DNA of 64,000 bases from a bacterium. GTDB lineage: Bacteria > DUMJ01. How positions within the stretch are numbered: the first letter of the stretch is position 1; the number at the start of each line of letters is the position of its first letter. Positions 41,905 to 53,213 of the stretch are shown piece by piece. Below the pieces are notes generated by a model. The model was not told where the DNA came from. It saw only the letters and a program-made list of their open reading frames with translations, and did no database searches. The position numbers and the translations under genes are program-made. The DNA lies in NCBI GenBank assembly GCA_049970495.1, contig JBMFMV010000001.1, positions 2,604 to 66,603 of the forward strand, given 5' to 3'.

Positions 41905-41918
41905 TTGGAGGTGTTAAC

Positions 41919-43334
41919 ATGAAAGGAACAGTAGGTTTAATCGTTGGAAGTAGAGGATTCTTTCCTGCAGAACTTGTGAAAGAAGGTAGAGAAAGAATTC
42001 TAAGGGTATTAGAGGGAGAAGGGTTGAATGTTATTACTCTAAATTCCAATGAGGGTAAGTTTGGTGCAGTAGAAACTCTAGATCACTCTATAGCTTGTGC
42101 AGAGCTTTTTAAAGCAAACAGAGAAAAGATAGAGGGAATTATAGTTACTCTTCCAAACTTTGGGGATGAAAAGGCCATAGCTAATACGCTAAGATTTTCA
42201 GGGTTAGATGTACCTGTATTAATACATGCCTTTCCTGATGATTTAGACAAGATGGATGTAGCACATAGGAGGGATAGCTTCTGCGGTAAATTGTCTGTAT
42301 GTAATAACTTGGTACAATATTCTATTCCTTTCTCCTTGACAAGACTGCACACCGTTGCCCCTGAAGATAAAAGCTTTAAGGAAGACCTAAACTGGTTCAT
42401 AGGGGTATGTAAGGTAGTAAATGGCTTAAGGGGTGCTAGGATAGGACTTATAGGAGCCAGACCTGCTGCATTCAATACTGTAAGATTCAGTGAGAAATTA
42501 CTAGAAAACTATGGAATCTCAGTAGAGACCCTTGATCTTTCTGAAGTTTTTGCAGGAATCTCTAAACTTTCCGACACTGATAGTGCAGTGAAAGAAAAAG
42601 TAGAAAGGTTTAGAACTTATATGGATACATCCGGTGTACCTGAGAATGCACTTATTAAGATGGCTAAATTCAGCGTAGTAGTAGAGAATTGGATGAAAGA
42701 AAATAGACTTATTGCAAGTGCTATTCAATGTTGGAGTGCGATAGAGAATATCTATGGTATCGTTCCATGTGCACTCATGAGTATGATGAGCGAATCTCTA
42801 ATGCCAAGTGCTTGCGAAACGGATGTTACTGGAGTAGTGGCAATGTATGCCCTCCAGCTTGCATCTGGAACTCCAAGCGCTATAGTTGATTGGAATAATA
42901 ATTATGGTAATGACCCTAACAAGGCGGTAGTATTCCACTGCAGTAATTATCCGAAGTCTTTCCTAAAAGACCCAAAGATAACATTCCAGGATATTATATC
43001 TGGAACAGTAGGTAAAGAGAATGCCTATGGCTCTTGTGCAGGTAGAATCCCCAGTGGACCAATGACATTTGCAAGAGTCTCCACCAACGATAGTGTAGGA
43101 ATTATACAGGCTTACATAGGCGAAGGGGAGTTTACTGATGACCCCCTTAATACATTTGGAGGATATGGGGTCGTATACGTAGAAAATCTGCAATCTTTAC
43201 TAAAATTAATATGTCAGAGAGGGTTTGAACACCATGTTGCCATGAATAGGTCTAAGACCGCTAGGGTCCTCTATGAAGCATTTTCTAATTACCTAGGATG
43301 GGACGTATATTGGCATAGAGGAGAAGAAGAGTAG
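41919..43334 (+). CDS. L-fucose/L-arabinose isomerase-family protein
   Basis: 471 aa. The FucI-like domain arrangement is present. An exact substrate cannot be assigned. Confidence 0.55.
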   Translation: MKGTVGLIVGSRGFFPAELVKEGRERILRVLEGEGLNVITLNSNEGKFGAVETLDHSIACAELFKANREKIEGIIVTLPNFGDEKAIANTLRFSGLDVPVLIHAFPDDLDKMDVAHRRDSFCGKLSVCNNLVQYSIPFSLTRLHTVAPEDKSFKEDLNWFIGVCKVVNGLRGARIGLIGARPAAFNTVRFSEKLLENYGISVETLDLSEVFAGISKLSDTDSAVKEKVERFRTYMDTSGVPENALIKMAKFSVVVENWMKENRLIASAIQCWSAIENIYGIVPCALMSMMSESLMPSACETDVTGVVAMYALQLASGTPSAIVDWNNNYGNDPNKAVVFHCSNYPKSFLKDPKITFQDIISGTVGKENAYGSCAGRIPSGPMTFARVSTNDSVGIIQAYIGEGEFTDDPLNTFGGYGVVYVENLQSLLKLICQRGFEHHVAMNRSKTARVLYEAFSNYLGWDVYWHRGEEE

Positions 43335-43407
43335 ACTTTATAAGGGAAGGAGAAAATTCTCCTTCCCTTATCTTGTAAGGCTAAGACATTTCTGGTAAAA
43401 TCTCTAT

Positions 43408-44301
43408 ATGAAAAGAATAGTTAGTATAAGCTTGGGTTCTAGTAAGAGAGACCATAAGGTCTCTTTGTCTATTTTAGGGGAAGAAGTAGTAATAGAAAGA
43501 ATAGGTACAGACGGAGATATACAAAAAGCTATAGAAAAGGCAAAAGAGTTAGACGGTAAGGTCTCTGCCATAGGATTAGGAGGTATTGACCTTTATTTTA
43601 TTATTGGTAATAAAAGATACGTAGTAAGAGATGCCTTAAAGATAAAAAGAGTAATCCAAAAGACTCCGGTAGTAGACGGAAGTACAGTAAAAGATACATT
43701 AGAGAGGCAAACGGTAAAAAAACTGGACGAGCTAATACCTGGAGGGATTGAAGGTAAAAATGTTCTTCTGCCTTCAGCAGTTGATAGATTTGGTATGGCT
43801 GAAGTCTTTTACAATCTTGGGGCAAATATAGTCATAGGGGACCTTATGTTTGCACTTGGGATACCAATACCTATACATAGTATAAAAGTATTAAAATTCT
43901 TGGCTTATATACTGCTACCTATACTTACTAAACTACCCTTCTATATGTTATACCCTGTAGGTGAAAAGCAAGAAGAGAATACCCCTAAATTTACTAAGTT
44001 CTTCCTATGGGCTGATATAATAGCTGGAGATTTTATCTACATAAAAAAGTACATGCCAGAAAGATTAGACGGTAAAATTATCCTTACTAATACAGTTACA
44101 CCAAAAGATAAAGAGCTATTAAGAGCAAGAGGGGTCAAGTATCTTATAACCACTACCCCTGAATTGGAGGGTAGATCTTTTGGAACTAATGTCTTAGAAG
44201 GATTCTTAATAGCTATGCAGGATAAGAGGCTTCCTCAGGAGAGTGATGAGGAATTCTTAGAGAGAATAGGATTTAAACCAAGAATAGAGAGGTTGAATTG
44301 A
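43408..44301 (+). CDS. Conserved hypothetical protein, 297 aa (possibly AroM/quinate-dehydrogenase-annotated family)
   Basis: The ORF reads MKRIVSISLGSSKRDH.... There are no obvious catalytic motifs. It precedes greA with a 4-nt overlap. Confidence 0.4.
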   Translation: MKRIVSISLGSSKRDHKVSLSILGEEVVIERIGTDGDIQKAIEKAKELDGKVSAIGLGGIDLYFIIGNKRYVVRDALKIKRVIQKTPVVDGSTVKDTLERQTVKKLDELIPGGIEGKNVLLPSAVDRFGMAEVFYNLGANIVIGDLMFALGIPIPIHSIKVLKFLAYILLPILTKLPFYMLYPVGEKQEENTPKFTKFFLWADIIAGDFIYIKKYMPERLDGKIILTNTVTPKDKELLRARGVKYLITTTPELEGRSFGTNVLEGFLIAMQDKRLPQESDEEFLERIGFKPRIERLN

Positions 44302-44792
44302 TTCAAAGAGGTGATAATGTGAAGGATAAAGAAATCTACCTTACTAAGGAGGGTTATGAAGCCCTTTTAAGAGAACTAGAAGACCTCAAAAAGAATAAGC
44401 GTAAAGAGGTGACCGAGAAGATTAAAGAAGCCAAAGAATTTGGTGACCTCTCGGAAAATGCAGAATACACAGAGGCGAAGAATCAACAGGCTTTTGTAGA
44501 AGGAAGAATCCTTACCATAGAAAAGATACTTAGTAAGGCTAGGATAATAGAGGAAGATGGATACCCTGATAAGGTTTCCTTAGGCTCTAAAGTAAAGGTT
44601 TTAAACCTGACAGATAACTCTGTAGTAGAGTATCATATAGTGAGTTCTCCTGAAGTTAATGTTAGGGAGAATAAAATCTCTGATGAGTCTCCTGTAGGTA
44701 GGGCATTAATAGGCGCAGGGATAGGAGATGTGATAAGAGTCAAAGTCCCTAAGGGAGAAGTCGAACTTAAAATCCTGGAGATAAGGAGGTAG
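44298..44792 (+). CDS. greA: Transcription elongation factor GreA
   Basis: The GreA N-terminal coiled coil is LTKEGYEALLRELEDL. The FGDLSENAEY signature is present. The C-terminal domain is FKBP-like. Confidence 0.85.
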   Translation: MIQRGDNVKDKEIYLTKEGYEALLRELEDLKKNKRKEVTEKIKEAKEFGDLSENAEYTEAKNQQAFVEGRILTIEKILSKARIIEEDGYPDKVSLGSKVKVLNLTDNSVVEYHIVSSPEVNVRENKISDESPVGRALIGAGIGDVIRVKVPKGEVELKILEIRR

Positions 44793-44799
44793 AAACAGG

Positions 44800-46173
44800 G
44801 TGAGTTTTACTCCGACACACTCTATAGACGAATTAAAGAGTAAATTTGATGATGTACTTGAACAGACAGTAAGGGTGGCAGGAAGGATTACTGCGATAAG
44901 AAGACATGGGAGGTCAATGTTTTTAGATATAAGAAACATAAAAGATAGGATTCAACTTTATGGGAAGGCAGACGATCTTGGAGATTCTTACGAAGAACTT
45001 AAAGAATGTCACGTAGGTGACTTTATCGGGGTAGAAGGGACTACATTTAAGACACATACAGGTGAGCCATCTATTAGGATATATAGGTTTTGGATTCTTA
45101 CTAAAGCATTAAGGCCATTACCAGAAAAGTGGCATGGGATAACGGATGTGGAGACTAGATATAGAAGAAGATACTTAGACCTTATAGCTAATGAAAATCC
45201 AAGAAGAATCTTTTTACTCCGATCTAAGCTTGTAAAAGAGTTAAGAAATTTCTTAGATGCAAAAGGTTTTATAGAAGTTGAGACCCCTATCCTCCATACA
45301 GTTCCCGGTGGTGGATTTGCTCGTCCTTTTATTACTCATCATAATGCCTTAGACATAGACTTATACCTTAGGATAGCCCTAGAACTGTATTTAAAGAGGC
45401 TTATAGTTGGTGGATATGAAAAGGTCTATGAGATAAATAGATGTTTCAGGAATGAAGGTATCTCTACTGTGCACAATCCCGAATTTACTATGATGGAGTT
45501 ATATCAGGCATATGCAGACTACTATACAATGATGGACCTCACTGAAGAGCTAATTATACACCTAGCAAATACACTATTCGGTAAGCCTGTTATATATAAA
45601 GATACCGAGGAAATAGATATATCTTCACCTTGGGAAAGGAAAGAACTCCTAGATATAGTTATTGAGCATACTGGAATAAATCCGTTGACACTAACTAAAG
45701 AAGAGCTTCTAGAATATGCCAATAAGCTAGAGATAAAAGTGACTACTGAGGAGAGTCTCTGGGCTAAAGTCCTTATGGAGCTCTTTGAGGAAGAGGTTCA
45801 GCCAAAGTTAAAAAAGCCGACATTTATCACTGGTTATCCTGTAGCTATCTCTCCACTTGCAAAAGCCAGAGAAAATGATCCTAGATTCACAGATAGGTTT
45901 GAATTGTTTATAGGGGGACTAGAAATTGCTAATGCGTTCTCTGAACTAAATGACCCTATAGAACAGAGGAAAAGGTTTGAGGACCAGTTAAGAGAAAAGA
46001 TGATGGGAGAAGAGGAGACCCATCCTATGGATGAAGACTTCTTAGAAGCTTTAGAGTATGGTATGCCCCCTACCGGAGGTTTAGGTATAGGGATAGATAG
46101 GCTTACTATGCTCTTTGCAAATGTAAACTCTATAAGAGAGGTGATACTGTTTCCTCTACAGAGGCCAGAATGA
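44800..46173 (+). CDS. lysS: Lysine--tRNA ligase (class II)
   Basis: An OB-fold N-terminus is present. Class II motifs include FRNEG and GGLGIGIDRL. The start is GTG with the RBS AAGGAGGT. Confidence 0.85.
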   Translation: MSFTPTHSIDELKSKFDDVLEQTVRVAGRITAIRRHGRSMFLDIRNIKDRIQLYGKADDLGDSYEELKECHVGDFIGVEGTTFKTHTGEPSIRIYRFWILTKALRPLPEKWHGITDVETRYRRRYLDLIANENPRRIFLLRSKLVKELRNFLDAKGFIEVETPILHTVPGGGFARPFITHHNALDIDLYLRIALELYLKRLIVGGYEKVYEINRCFRNEGISTVHNPEFTMMELYQAYADYYTMMDLTEELIIHLANTLFGKPVIYKDTEEIDISSPWERKELLDIVIEHTGINPLTLTKEELLEYANKLEIKVTTEESLWAKVLMELFEEEVQPKLKKPTFITGYPVAISPLAKARENDPRFTDRFELFIGGLEIANAFSELNDPIEQRKRFEDQLREKMMGEEETHPMDEDFLEALEYGMPPTGGLGIGIDRLTMLFANVNSIREVILFPLQRPE

Positions 46174-47537
46174 GTAAGCCTAGTAGAGTCTATAGATGTA
46201 CAGAGTGCGGTTATACAACCTCTCATTGGCTTGGTAGATGTCCAAACTGTGATTCATGGAATACGCTAGAAGAGGTTATACTAGAAAAGGGGATGGAAAA
46301 GACCAAATCGAGAAGCACCCCTACAAAAGCCCTAAGTCTCAACGAGATAAAGGCTAAGTCCATAGAGAGGATTACTACCGATTATCCTGAGACTGATAGA
46401 CTTTTAGGAGGTGGAGTAGTCCCCGGTTCTGTCCTTTTGATAGGGGGAGAGCCAGGAATAGGGAAGTCTACCCTTATGCTCCAGCTGTCAGAATCCTTCT
46501 CAAAAAAGGGGCTAAGGGTTTTATATAACTGCGCAGAAGAGTCTGTTTATCAGATAGGTTTAAGGGCTAGTAGATTGAATATCAAAGGGGAAAACATTAG
46601 GATAATAAGCGAGGTTAGTCTAGATAATGCAATAGCTACTTATGAAGAGGTTAAACCAGATATATTTATTATAGATTCTATTCAGGCGGTAAAAGATGAG
46701 TCTTTGCCTACTCAACCTGGAACAGTAACACAAATAAAGCTATGCACCTCTAAGATTATTGACCTAGCTAAAAGGGATAATAGTGTAGCCTTTATAACAG
46801 GACATGTTACAAAGGAAGGGATATTAGCAGGTCCTAAGACCCTAGAACATATGGTCGATGGAGTTTTCTATTTCGAAGGCGATAGGGACGGAATGGTAAG
46901 ACTCTTACGTGCAGTCAAGAATAGGTATGGGGATACAAATGAGGTAGCTTTTATGGAAATGACCCCTGAAGGACTCAAAGAGATGACAAACCCTTCGCTA
47001 TTCTTTGTTAGGGAAGGGCTGGGTTTAACTCCAGGTGCCACTATAGGTGTGATAATGGAAGGAACAAGGCCTATACTAGTAGAAGTTCAGGCTCTAGTGG
47101 CTCGTTCAGTGTATGCAGTTCCAAGAAGGGTTGTCCAAGGTATAGATTTTAATAGGTTTTCTTTTATACTGGCTGTTCTAGAAAAACTTTTACAGTTACC
47201 ACTTTTCAATAAGGATGTATTTTTAAATATACCCGGAGGAGTTACGGTAAAGGACCCTGCCATAGACCTACCAGTAGCCCTAGCAGTTATATCTAGTACT
47301 TTAGAGGTTCCACTAACTTCTGAGTTATTTAGCTTTGGAGAGATAGGACTTACTGGTGAGATAAGACAGGTAATGTGGTATGAAAAAAGGGTAGAGATAG
47401 CACTGAGATTAGGGTATAGTGAAGGATTTGTCCCGCTAAAAAAGAAAGAAGACAGTTCTGGTGTGAGAGGAGTAAGAACCTTAAAGGAGGTGTATGACTT
47501 AGTAAGAGATGCCAGAATCCACGCTAGACTTATATAG
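46170..47537 (+). CDS. radA: DNA repair protein RadA/Sms
   Basis: The N-terminal zinc finger is CTECGY..CPNC. The Walker A motif is GEPGIGKST. A C-terminal Lon-like domain is present. Confidence 0.9.
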   Translation: MSKPSRVYRCTECGYTTSHWLGRCPNCDSWNTLEEVILEKGMEKTKSRSTPTKALSLNEIKAKSIERITTDYPETDRLLGGGVVPGSVLLIGGEPGIGKSTLMLQLSESFSKKGLRVLYNCAEESVYQIGLRASRLNIKGENIRIISEVSLDNAIATYEEVKPDIFIIDSIQAVKDESLPTQPGTVTQIKLCTSKIIDLAKRDNSVAFITGHVTKEGILAGPKTLEHMVDGVFYFEGDRDGMVRLLRAVKNRYGDTNEVAFMEMTPEGLKEMTNPSLFFVREGLGLTPGATIGVIMEGTRPILVEVQALVARSVYAVPRRVVQGIDFNRFSFILAVLEKLLQLPLFNKDVFLNIPGGVTVKDPAIDLPVALAVISSTLEVPLTSELFSFGEIGLTGEIRQVMWYEKRVEIALRLGYSEGFVPLKKKEDSSGVRGVRTLKEVYDLVRDARIHARLI

Positions 47538-48606
47538 TGCACTAAAACTTACCGCTCCGGGAACTCCTCTAAGAGAAGGTTTAGATAGGATATTAAGCGC
47601 AAAAATGGGAGCCCTTATAGTAGTTGGTGGAAAATTAGAAGTCCTTAATAGTATTATGAGTGGCGGTTTTACTTTAAACTGTGACTTTACACCAGAATCT
47701 CTCTATGAGCTGGCTAAAATGGATGGAGCTATAGTAATCTCTGAAGACCTAAAAAAGATACTATATGCTAATGTTCAACTATCTCCAGATGTCTCTATCC
47801 CCACCACTGAACCTGGGACTAGACATAGAACAGCAGAAAGGACCGCTAAACAGGTTGGTTCTTTAGTCATAGCAATCTCAGAAAGAAGGGAGATAATATC
47901 TCTCTATATTGGAAATATAAGATATATTCTTCAAGATATAAGAAACCTGTTAGTTAAAGCTAACCAAGGGTTACAAGTCTTAGAGAGATATAGACTCATA
48001 TTAGATCAAGCAATGTCTAATCTTACCACACTAGAACTTGAAGATAGTGTCACCTTCCTTGATGTGCTTTGGAGTTTATATCGAATTGAGATGGTCCTTC
48101 GTATAGCTCAAGAGATAGAAAGATACGTAATAGAGTTAGGAGTTGAAGGAAGACTAGTCAGGATGCAGCTAGATGAGCTTATTGGAGGAGTAAATGAAGA
48201 GGAGATTCTCCTTATTAAGGACTACATAAGAGAGGGGCTAAATCCTGAGAGCATCAAAGAAGAGATAAGAAAGAAAAATCTAAATGAAATACTAAATACA
48301 AGTATAATGTCGAATATACTAGGTATATCCGATTCTATAACCTTTACAGATATAAATCTTAGGTGTAGAGGCTATAGAATCTTAAGTTATATAGCGCGTC
48401 TTCCTTCGTCTGTTATAGAGAATCTAATAAATTATTTTGGTAATCTACAAAATATCCTTAAGGCTGATATACCTCAGTTAGATGAGGTAGAAGGGATAGG
48501 GGAAATAAGAGCTAAAAACATAAAGGATGGTTTAAGAAGAATTAGAGAACAGAGTAGCAGAGGGATTCCTCCTCTCAGACTAGGAGACCTAGGGAGAGCC
48601 AGGTGA
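47509..48606 (+). CDS. disA: DNA integrity scanning protein DisA (diadenylate cyclase)
   Basis: The DAC domain is present (GALIVVGG, DGAIVIS). A C-terminal HhH is present. Synteny is canonical, directly after radA. Confidence 0.85.
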   Translation: MPESTLDLYSALKLTAPGTPLREGLDRILSAKMGALIVVGGKLEVLNSIMSGGFTLNCDFTPESLYELAKMDGAIVISEDLKKILYANVQLSPDVSIPTTEPGTRHRTAERTAKQVGSLVIAISERREIISLYIGNIRYILQDIRNLLVKANQGLQVLERYRLILDQAMSNLTTLELEDSVTFLDVLWSLYRIEMVLRIAQEIERYVIELGVEGRLVRMQLDELIGGVNEEEILLIKDYIREGLNPESIKEEIRKKNLNEILNTSIMSNILGISDSITFTDINLRCRGYRILSYIARLPSSVIENLINYFGNLQNILKADIPQLDEVEGIGEIRAKNIKDGLRRIREQSSRGIPPLRLGDLGRAR

Positions 48607-49283
48607 ATATAGGAGTAATTGTAGCATCTGCTGGTCAGTCAAAAAGATTGGGCCATAATAAGGTATTAATGGAGTTAAGGGGTAAACCTGTATTACTTTT
48701 TTCCTTAGAGAAATTTATCAAACTTAGTTCGCTTTCAGAGTTGGTTATAGTTATAAGACCACAAGATGAAGAAGATGTAAGGAATATACTTTCTAAAGCC
48801 GGTATTAGTGAGTCTATAGTAAAGATAATCCATGGAGGAAAAGAAAGACAGGATTCAGTATATAGGGGACTTATGGCACTCACATCTTCAGATATAGTAA
48901 TGGTCCATGATGGGGCAAGACCATTTATAAGTTATGAGTTAATTGTCAAACTCATAGAAGAGGTAGAGATACATCCGGCAGTTATCCCTGCACTACCAGT
49001 TAAGGAGACAATCAAGGTAGTAAAAGATGGTTATGTAGAGTCTACACTGAAAAGAGAATTGCTCTGGAGTGTTCAGACCCCCCAGGTATTTAGATATAAG
49101 ATTCTACTTGAGGCGTATGAGAAGGCGTATCAGGATAAGTTCTATGGTACAGATGATGCCTCTCTAGTAGAAAGATTAGGATATAAGATCAGGGTAATTG
49201 AAGGAGAGTACACAAATCTAAAGATAACCACTAAAGAAGACCTACTTTTAGCTCATAGATATCTTGAGCTATTAGGTATATGA
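48603..49283 (+). CDS. ispD: 2-C-methyl-D-erythritol 4-phosphate cytidylyltransferase
   Basis: The IspD N-terminal motif is VIVASAGQSKRLG. Confidence 0.85.
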   Translation: MNIGVIVASAGQSKRLGHNKVLMELRGKPVLLFSLEKFIKLSSLSELVIVIRPQDEEDVRNILSKAGISESIVKIIHGGKERQDSVYRGLMALTSSDIVMVHDGARPFISYELIVKLIEEVEIHPAVIPALPVKETIKVVKDGYVESTLKRELLWSVQTPQVFRYKILLEAYEKAYQDKFYGTDDASLVERLGYKIRVIEGEYTNLKITTKEDLLLAHRYLELLGI

Positions 49284-49753
49284 GAATAGGGATAGGTTAT
49301 GATGTCCATCCGATAGTAAATGGTAGGAAACTCTTTCTTGGAGGTATTGAGATCCCTTGTGATTTTGGCCTCTATGGGCACTCAGATGCAGATGTTCTGA
49401 TCCATGCAATATCTGATGCTATCTTAGGTGCAGCCGGTCTACCTGATATAGGCTTCTTTTTTCCAAATACTCCAGAGTATAAAGACATATCTAGTTGTGT
49501 TATACTAGAAAAGGTAAAGGAAAAGATAGATAAAGATTATACTATAGTAAACATAGACAGTATAATCATAGCAGAAAAACCAAAGATAGGCCCATACGTT
49601 GATATTATGAAAGAGAGATTAGCCAGCATCTTAAAGATAAACCCAGGTTCTATCGGAATAAAAGCAACTACTAATGAAAGACTCGGCTTTGTAGGTAGGG
49701 AAGAAGGGATAGTAGCGATTGCTGTAGTATTATTAGACGAAAGGAGGACTTGA
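49280..49753 (+). CDS. ispF: 2-C-methyl-D-erythritol 2,4-cyclodiphosphate synthase
   Basis: IGYDVH and GHSDADV motifs are present. Confidence 0.9.
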   Translation: MRIGIGYDVHPIVNGRKLFLGGIEIPCDFGLYGHSDADVLIHAISDAILGAAGLPDIGFFFPNTPEYKDISSCVILEKVKEKIDKDYTIVNIDSIIIAEKPKIGPYVDIMKERLASILKINPGSIGIKATTNERLGFVGREEGIVAIAVVLLDERRT

Positions 49754-51153
49754 TGAGTGTAAGGGTCAGATTTGCACCTAGCCCTAGTGGAAGTTTACAT
49801 ATAGGAAATGTAAGAACTGCTCTTTTTAATTGGCTATTTGCTAGAAAAAATGGAGGAACATTCATACTACGAATAGAAGATACAGATGTAGAGCGCACTT
49901 ATCAATCTGCTTATCAGGGTATCTTAGAGGATCTCTTGTGGTTGGGACTAAACTGGGATGAAGGACCTTATAAACAGAGTGAAAGGCTTGATATATATAA
50001 AAGTTATGCCCTCAAGTTTTTAGAGGAAGGGCTAGCATATAAATGTTTCTGCTCCGCAGAGGAGTTAGAGAGAGAAAGAGAGGAGGCTATAAAAGAAGGT
50101 AGACCTCCTCGTTATAGTGGGAGGTGTGCCAATCTTTCCCTTAAAGAGGTTTCTGAATTAGAGGCAAAAGGTATTCCATATTCTATAAGATTTAGAATTC
50201 CAAAAGACGCTTACTTTGTAGTTGATGATATTATAAGAGGTAGAATAGAATTTGATGTAAATGCCATAACGGGAGATTTTATCATACTTCGTTCTGACGG
50301 GATGCCTACTTATAACTTTGCAGTAGTTATAGACGATTACCTTATGGATATTACACATGTAATAAGGGGTGAAGACCATCTCTCTAATACACCTAGACAG
50401 TTACTTATCTATAAAGCTCTAGGGGTTAATCCTCCTAGATTTGCACATCTACCTATGATTGTTGGGAGTGACCGATCCAAACTTTCAAAAAGAGAAGGGG
50501 CGCTTTCTGTAAAAGAGCTAAGAGAACAGGGCTTCTTGCCTGAAGGTGTGGTAAACTATTTAGCATTATTAGGGTGGAGTCCAAAGGGAGATGAGATAAA
50601 GACATTAGACAAACTTGTAGAAGAATTTTCTCTAGAGGAAGTCTCTCCAAGCCCATCTGCATATGATCCTGCCAAGTTAAGGTGGATAAACAGACAACAT
50701 ATCATAAGGCTTAATGGGGAAAGACTTTTAGAGTATGTAAGACCCTTCTTAAATGGGATAGGTGATTATCCAAAGGATTGGTTATTAAAAGCTATTCTCT
50801 CCATAAGAGAGTATGCAGAGACACTTAGAGAAATACCAGAGTATCTCAAAAAGTACTATCTTAGTGATGTCTCTCTAAATGAGAGCCATAAAGAAGAGTT
50901 AGCCTTAGGAAAGAAGGGTATAGAAGTATTCTTGAATCTATTAAAAGAGACCGAAGATCTAAATACCATAGATAGTATATTTAAAGAGGCAATTAAGATA
51001 TCAGGACTTAAGGGAAGAAAATTCTATCATCCCATAAGATTAGCACTCACTGGTTATGAATCTGGACCGGAACTGGTGGAATTTATCCCAATACTTGGTA
51101 AAGATAAATGTATAGAGAGATTAGAAAAAGCCTTAAGATTTCTGGAGGAGTAA
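49753..51153 (+). CDS. gltX: Glutamate--tRNA ligase
   Basis: The HIGH variant is PSGSLHIGN. The KMSKS variant is KLSKR. The ATG at 49753 is preceded by the AAGGAGGA RBS. Confidence 0.9.
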   Translation: MSVRVRFAPSPSGSLHIGNVRTALFNWLFARKNGGTFILRIEDTDVERTYQSAYQGILEDLLWLGLNWDEGPYKQSERLDIYKSYALKFLEEGLAYKCFCSAEELEREREEAIKEGRPPRYSGRCANLSLKEVSELEAKGIPYSIRFRIPKDAYFVVDDIIRGRIEFDVNAITGDFIILRSDGMPTYNFAVVIDDYLMDITHVIRGEDHLSNTPRQLLIYKALGVNPPRFAHLPMIVGSDRSKLSKREGALSVKELREQGFLPEGVVNYLALLGWSPKGDEIKTLDKLVEEFSLEEVSPSPSAYDPAKLRWINRQHIIRLNGERLLEYVRPFLNGIGDYPKDWLLKAILSIREYAETLREIPEYLKKYYLSDVSLNESHKEELALGKKGIEVFLNLLKETEDLNTIDSIFKEAIKISGLKGRKFYHPIRLALTGYESGPELVEFIPILGKDKCIERLEKALRFLEE

Positions 51154-51154
51154 A

Positions 51155-52537
51155 TTGAGATTATATAATACATTAACCAGAAATGAAGACGAATTTCTGC
51201 CTAAGAAACACAATATGGTGAGGATGTATGTATGTGGGGTAACACCTTATGACTACTGCCATATAGGTCATGGGAGGTCTTATCTAGTATACGATATTCT
51301 GTATAGATTCTTAGAATCAGAAGGATTTAAAGTCCTCTGGGTACAGAACTTTACCGATATAGATGATAAGATAATAAATAGGGCGAATGAACTAGGTATA
51401 TCTCCGAAAGAGCTAGCTGACAGATTTATCTCTGAATATTTTACAGATATGGATATGTTTGGTATAAGTAGGGCGTTTATATATCCCAGAGTTACAGAAC
51501 ATATTGAAGAGATTATCGAGTTTATAGGAAAGATTATAGAGAAGGGATACGCGTATGAATCAGAAGGTGATGTATATTTCTCCGTGAAAAGTTATTCTCA
51601 CTATGGAAAACTCTCCAGACGCTCTTTAGAAGAGATGATAGCAGGAGCTAGAGTAGACCCTAGTGAAAAAAAGAGAGACCCATTGGACTTTGCCCTCTGG
51701 AAATCGGCAAAACCTGGAGAACCTTATTGGGAAAGTCCTTGGGGTAAGGGAAGGCCAGGATGGCATATAGAATGCTCTGTTATGTCTCTTTTATACTTGG
51801 GAGAGGAGATAGACATCCACGGAGGAGGAGCAGACCTTATATTCCCGCACCATGAGAATGAAAAGGCTCAGGCAGAAGCGGTTATAGGTGATGGAAAATT
51901 TGTCAGGTTCTGGATACATAATGGGCTGGTAAATCTAAAATCAGAGAAGATGTCTAAATCAACTGGAAACTTTATAATCTTAAGAGAAGTATTAAGCTCT
52001 TATAAGCCTGAAGTCCTTAGGCTATATCTTCTACAGACTCATTATAGAAGCCCACTAGACTTTGACCCACAAGCCCTTGAGGATACAGAAAGGGCTTACT
52101 CAAGGATAGAAGATACTATAAAGCTCTTAGCTCATATACCGGATCCGCCATCATCCCCTTATGATCAGGCATTCTTTGATTTTAGAAATGCCCTCTCTAA
52201 TGACCTTAATACACCCCAAGCTATTGGGGTTCTCTTCTCTTACCTAAGAGAGAATAGACCTATATTAGATAAAGGGACATGGGATCCAATATTACCAGTA
52301 TTTAAGTTTAATCTAATCAAGATGTGCAAGATACTTGGATTTAAAATCCCAGAATTGACCAAAACCTTGTTTGATGTCGAAAAGCTTAGAGAAGTAATGG
52401 AGGTTATAATAAAGATAAGGGATAAACTTAGGCAGGAGAAGAGATTTGATCTTAGTGATGAAATTAGGAATAGTCTAAACAATATAGGTATCGTACTAGA
52501 AGATACAAAGGAAGGTACTAGATGGAAGATGAATTAA
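51155..52537 (+). CDS. cysS: Cysteine--tRNA ligase
   Basis: The HIGH motif is HIGHGRS. The KMSKS motif is present. TTG start with GGAGGAG RBS. Confidence 0.9.
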   Translation: MRLYNTLTRNEDEFLPKKHNMVRMYVCGVTPYDYCHIGHGRSYLVYDILYRFLESEGFKVLWVQNFTDIDDKIINRANELGISPKELADRFISEYFTDMDMFGISRAFIYPRVTEHIEEIIEFIGKIIEKGYAYESEGDVYFSVKSYSHYGKLSRRSLEEMIAGARVDPSEKKRDPLDFALWKSAKPGEPYWESPWGKGRPGWHIECSVMSLLYLGEEIDIHGGGADLIFPHHENEKAQAEAVIGDGKFVRFWIHNGLVNLKSEKMSKSTGNFIILREVLSSYKPEVLRLYLLQTHYRSPLDFDPQALEDTERAYSRIEDTIKLLAHIPDPPSSPYDQAFFDFRNALSNDLNTPQAIGVLFSYLRENRPILDKGTWDPILPVFKFNLIKMCKILGFKIPELTKTLFDVEKLREVMEVIIKIRDKLRQEKRFDLSDEIRNSLNNIGIVLEDTKEGTRWKMN

Positions 52538-53211
52538 AGATAGAGGGGAAGAATGCTGTAACAGAGGCTTTGAAATCTGGTATCAGTATTCAAAAGATAC
52601 AGATAGATAAAAGGCTAGTTCCAAGATATGGAGATATTATTTCTCATGCCAAACAGATGAGGATACCTGTTCAAGAGGTCCCATCATTGAAAGCCAAACA
52701 GGGTATATTGGCATATGTATTCCCTGTAGAACCAAAAGATATAGACTATTTTTTTGACAAACATTTTGTTGTTCTAGCTGATGGGGTTGAAGATCCTCAT
52801 AATCTTGGAGCAATAATGAGAACAGCAGAGTGTGCAGGGGTTGATGGGATAGTTCTCCCTAAGCATCGCTCGGCTATAATCTCTGAAGGTCTTATAAGTT
52901 CTTCTGCAGGTGCTGTATTTCATCTTCCTTTTGCAGTTGTCACCAATACTGCACAGGCGGTAGACAAATTTATAGAGAGAGGCTTCTTTATATTGGGAGC
53001 AGACGCAAGTGGAGAACCATTCTTTAGTATAGAGATTCGCTTTCCTCTACTTTTGATAATTGGGGGAGAGGACAAAGGACTTAGACCTATAATGAAGAGA
53101 AGGTGTGATAAGCTTATTGGGATTCCTATGTTGGGCAAGATAACATCGCTTAATACATCGGTATCCGCTGGAATTATCATATATGAGATAAAAAGTAGGG
53201 ATTGGAGGTGA
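52522..53211 (+). CDS. rlmB: SpoU-family rRNA 2'-O-methyltransferase (RlmB/TrmH-like)
   Basis: The SPOUT motifs LLLIIGGEDKGL and LNTSVSAGI are present. Confidence 0.8.
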   Translation: MEDELKIEGKNAVTEALKSGISIQKIQIDKRLVPRYGDIISHAKQMRIPVQEVPSLKAKQGILAYVFPVEPKDIDYFFDKHFVVLADGVEDPHNLGAIMRTAECAGVDGIVLPKHRSAIISEGLISSSAGAVFHLPFAVVTNTAQAVDKFIERGFFILGADASGEPFFSIEIRFPLLLIIGGEDKGLRPIMKRRCDKLIGIPMLGKITSLNTSVSAGIIIYEIKSRDWR

Positions 53212-53213
53212 TT

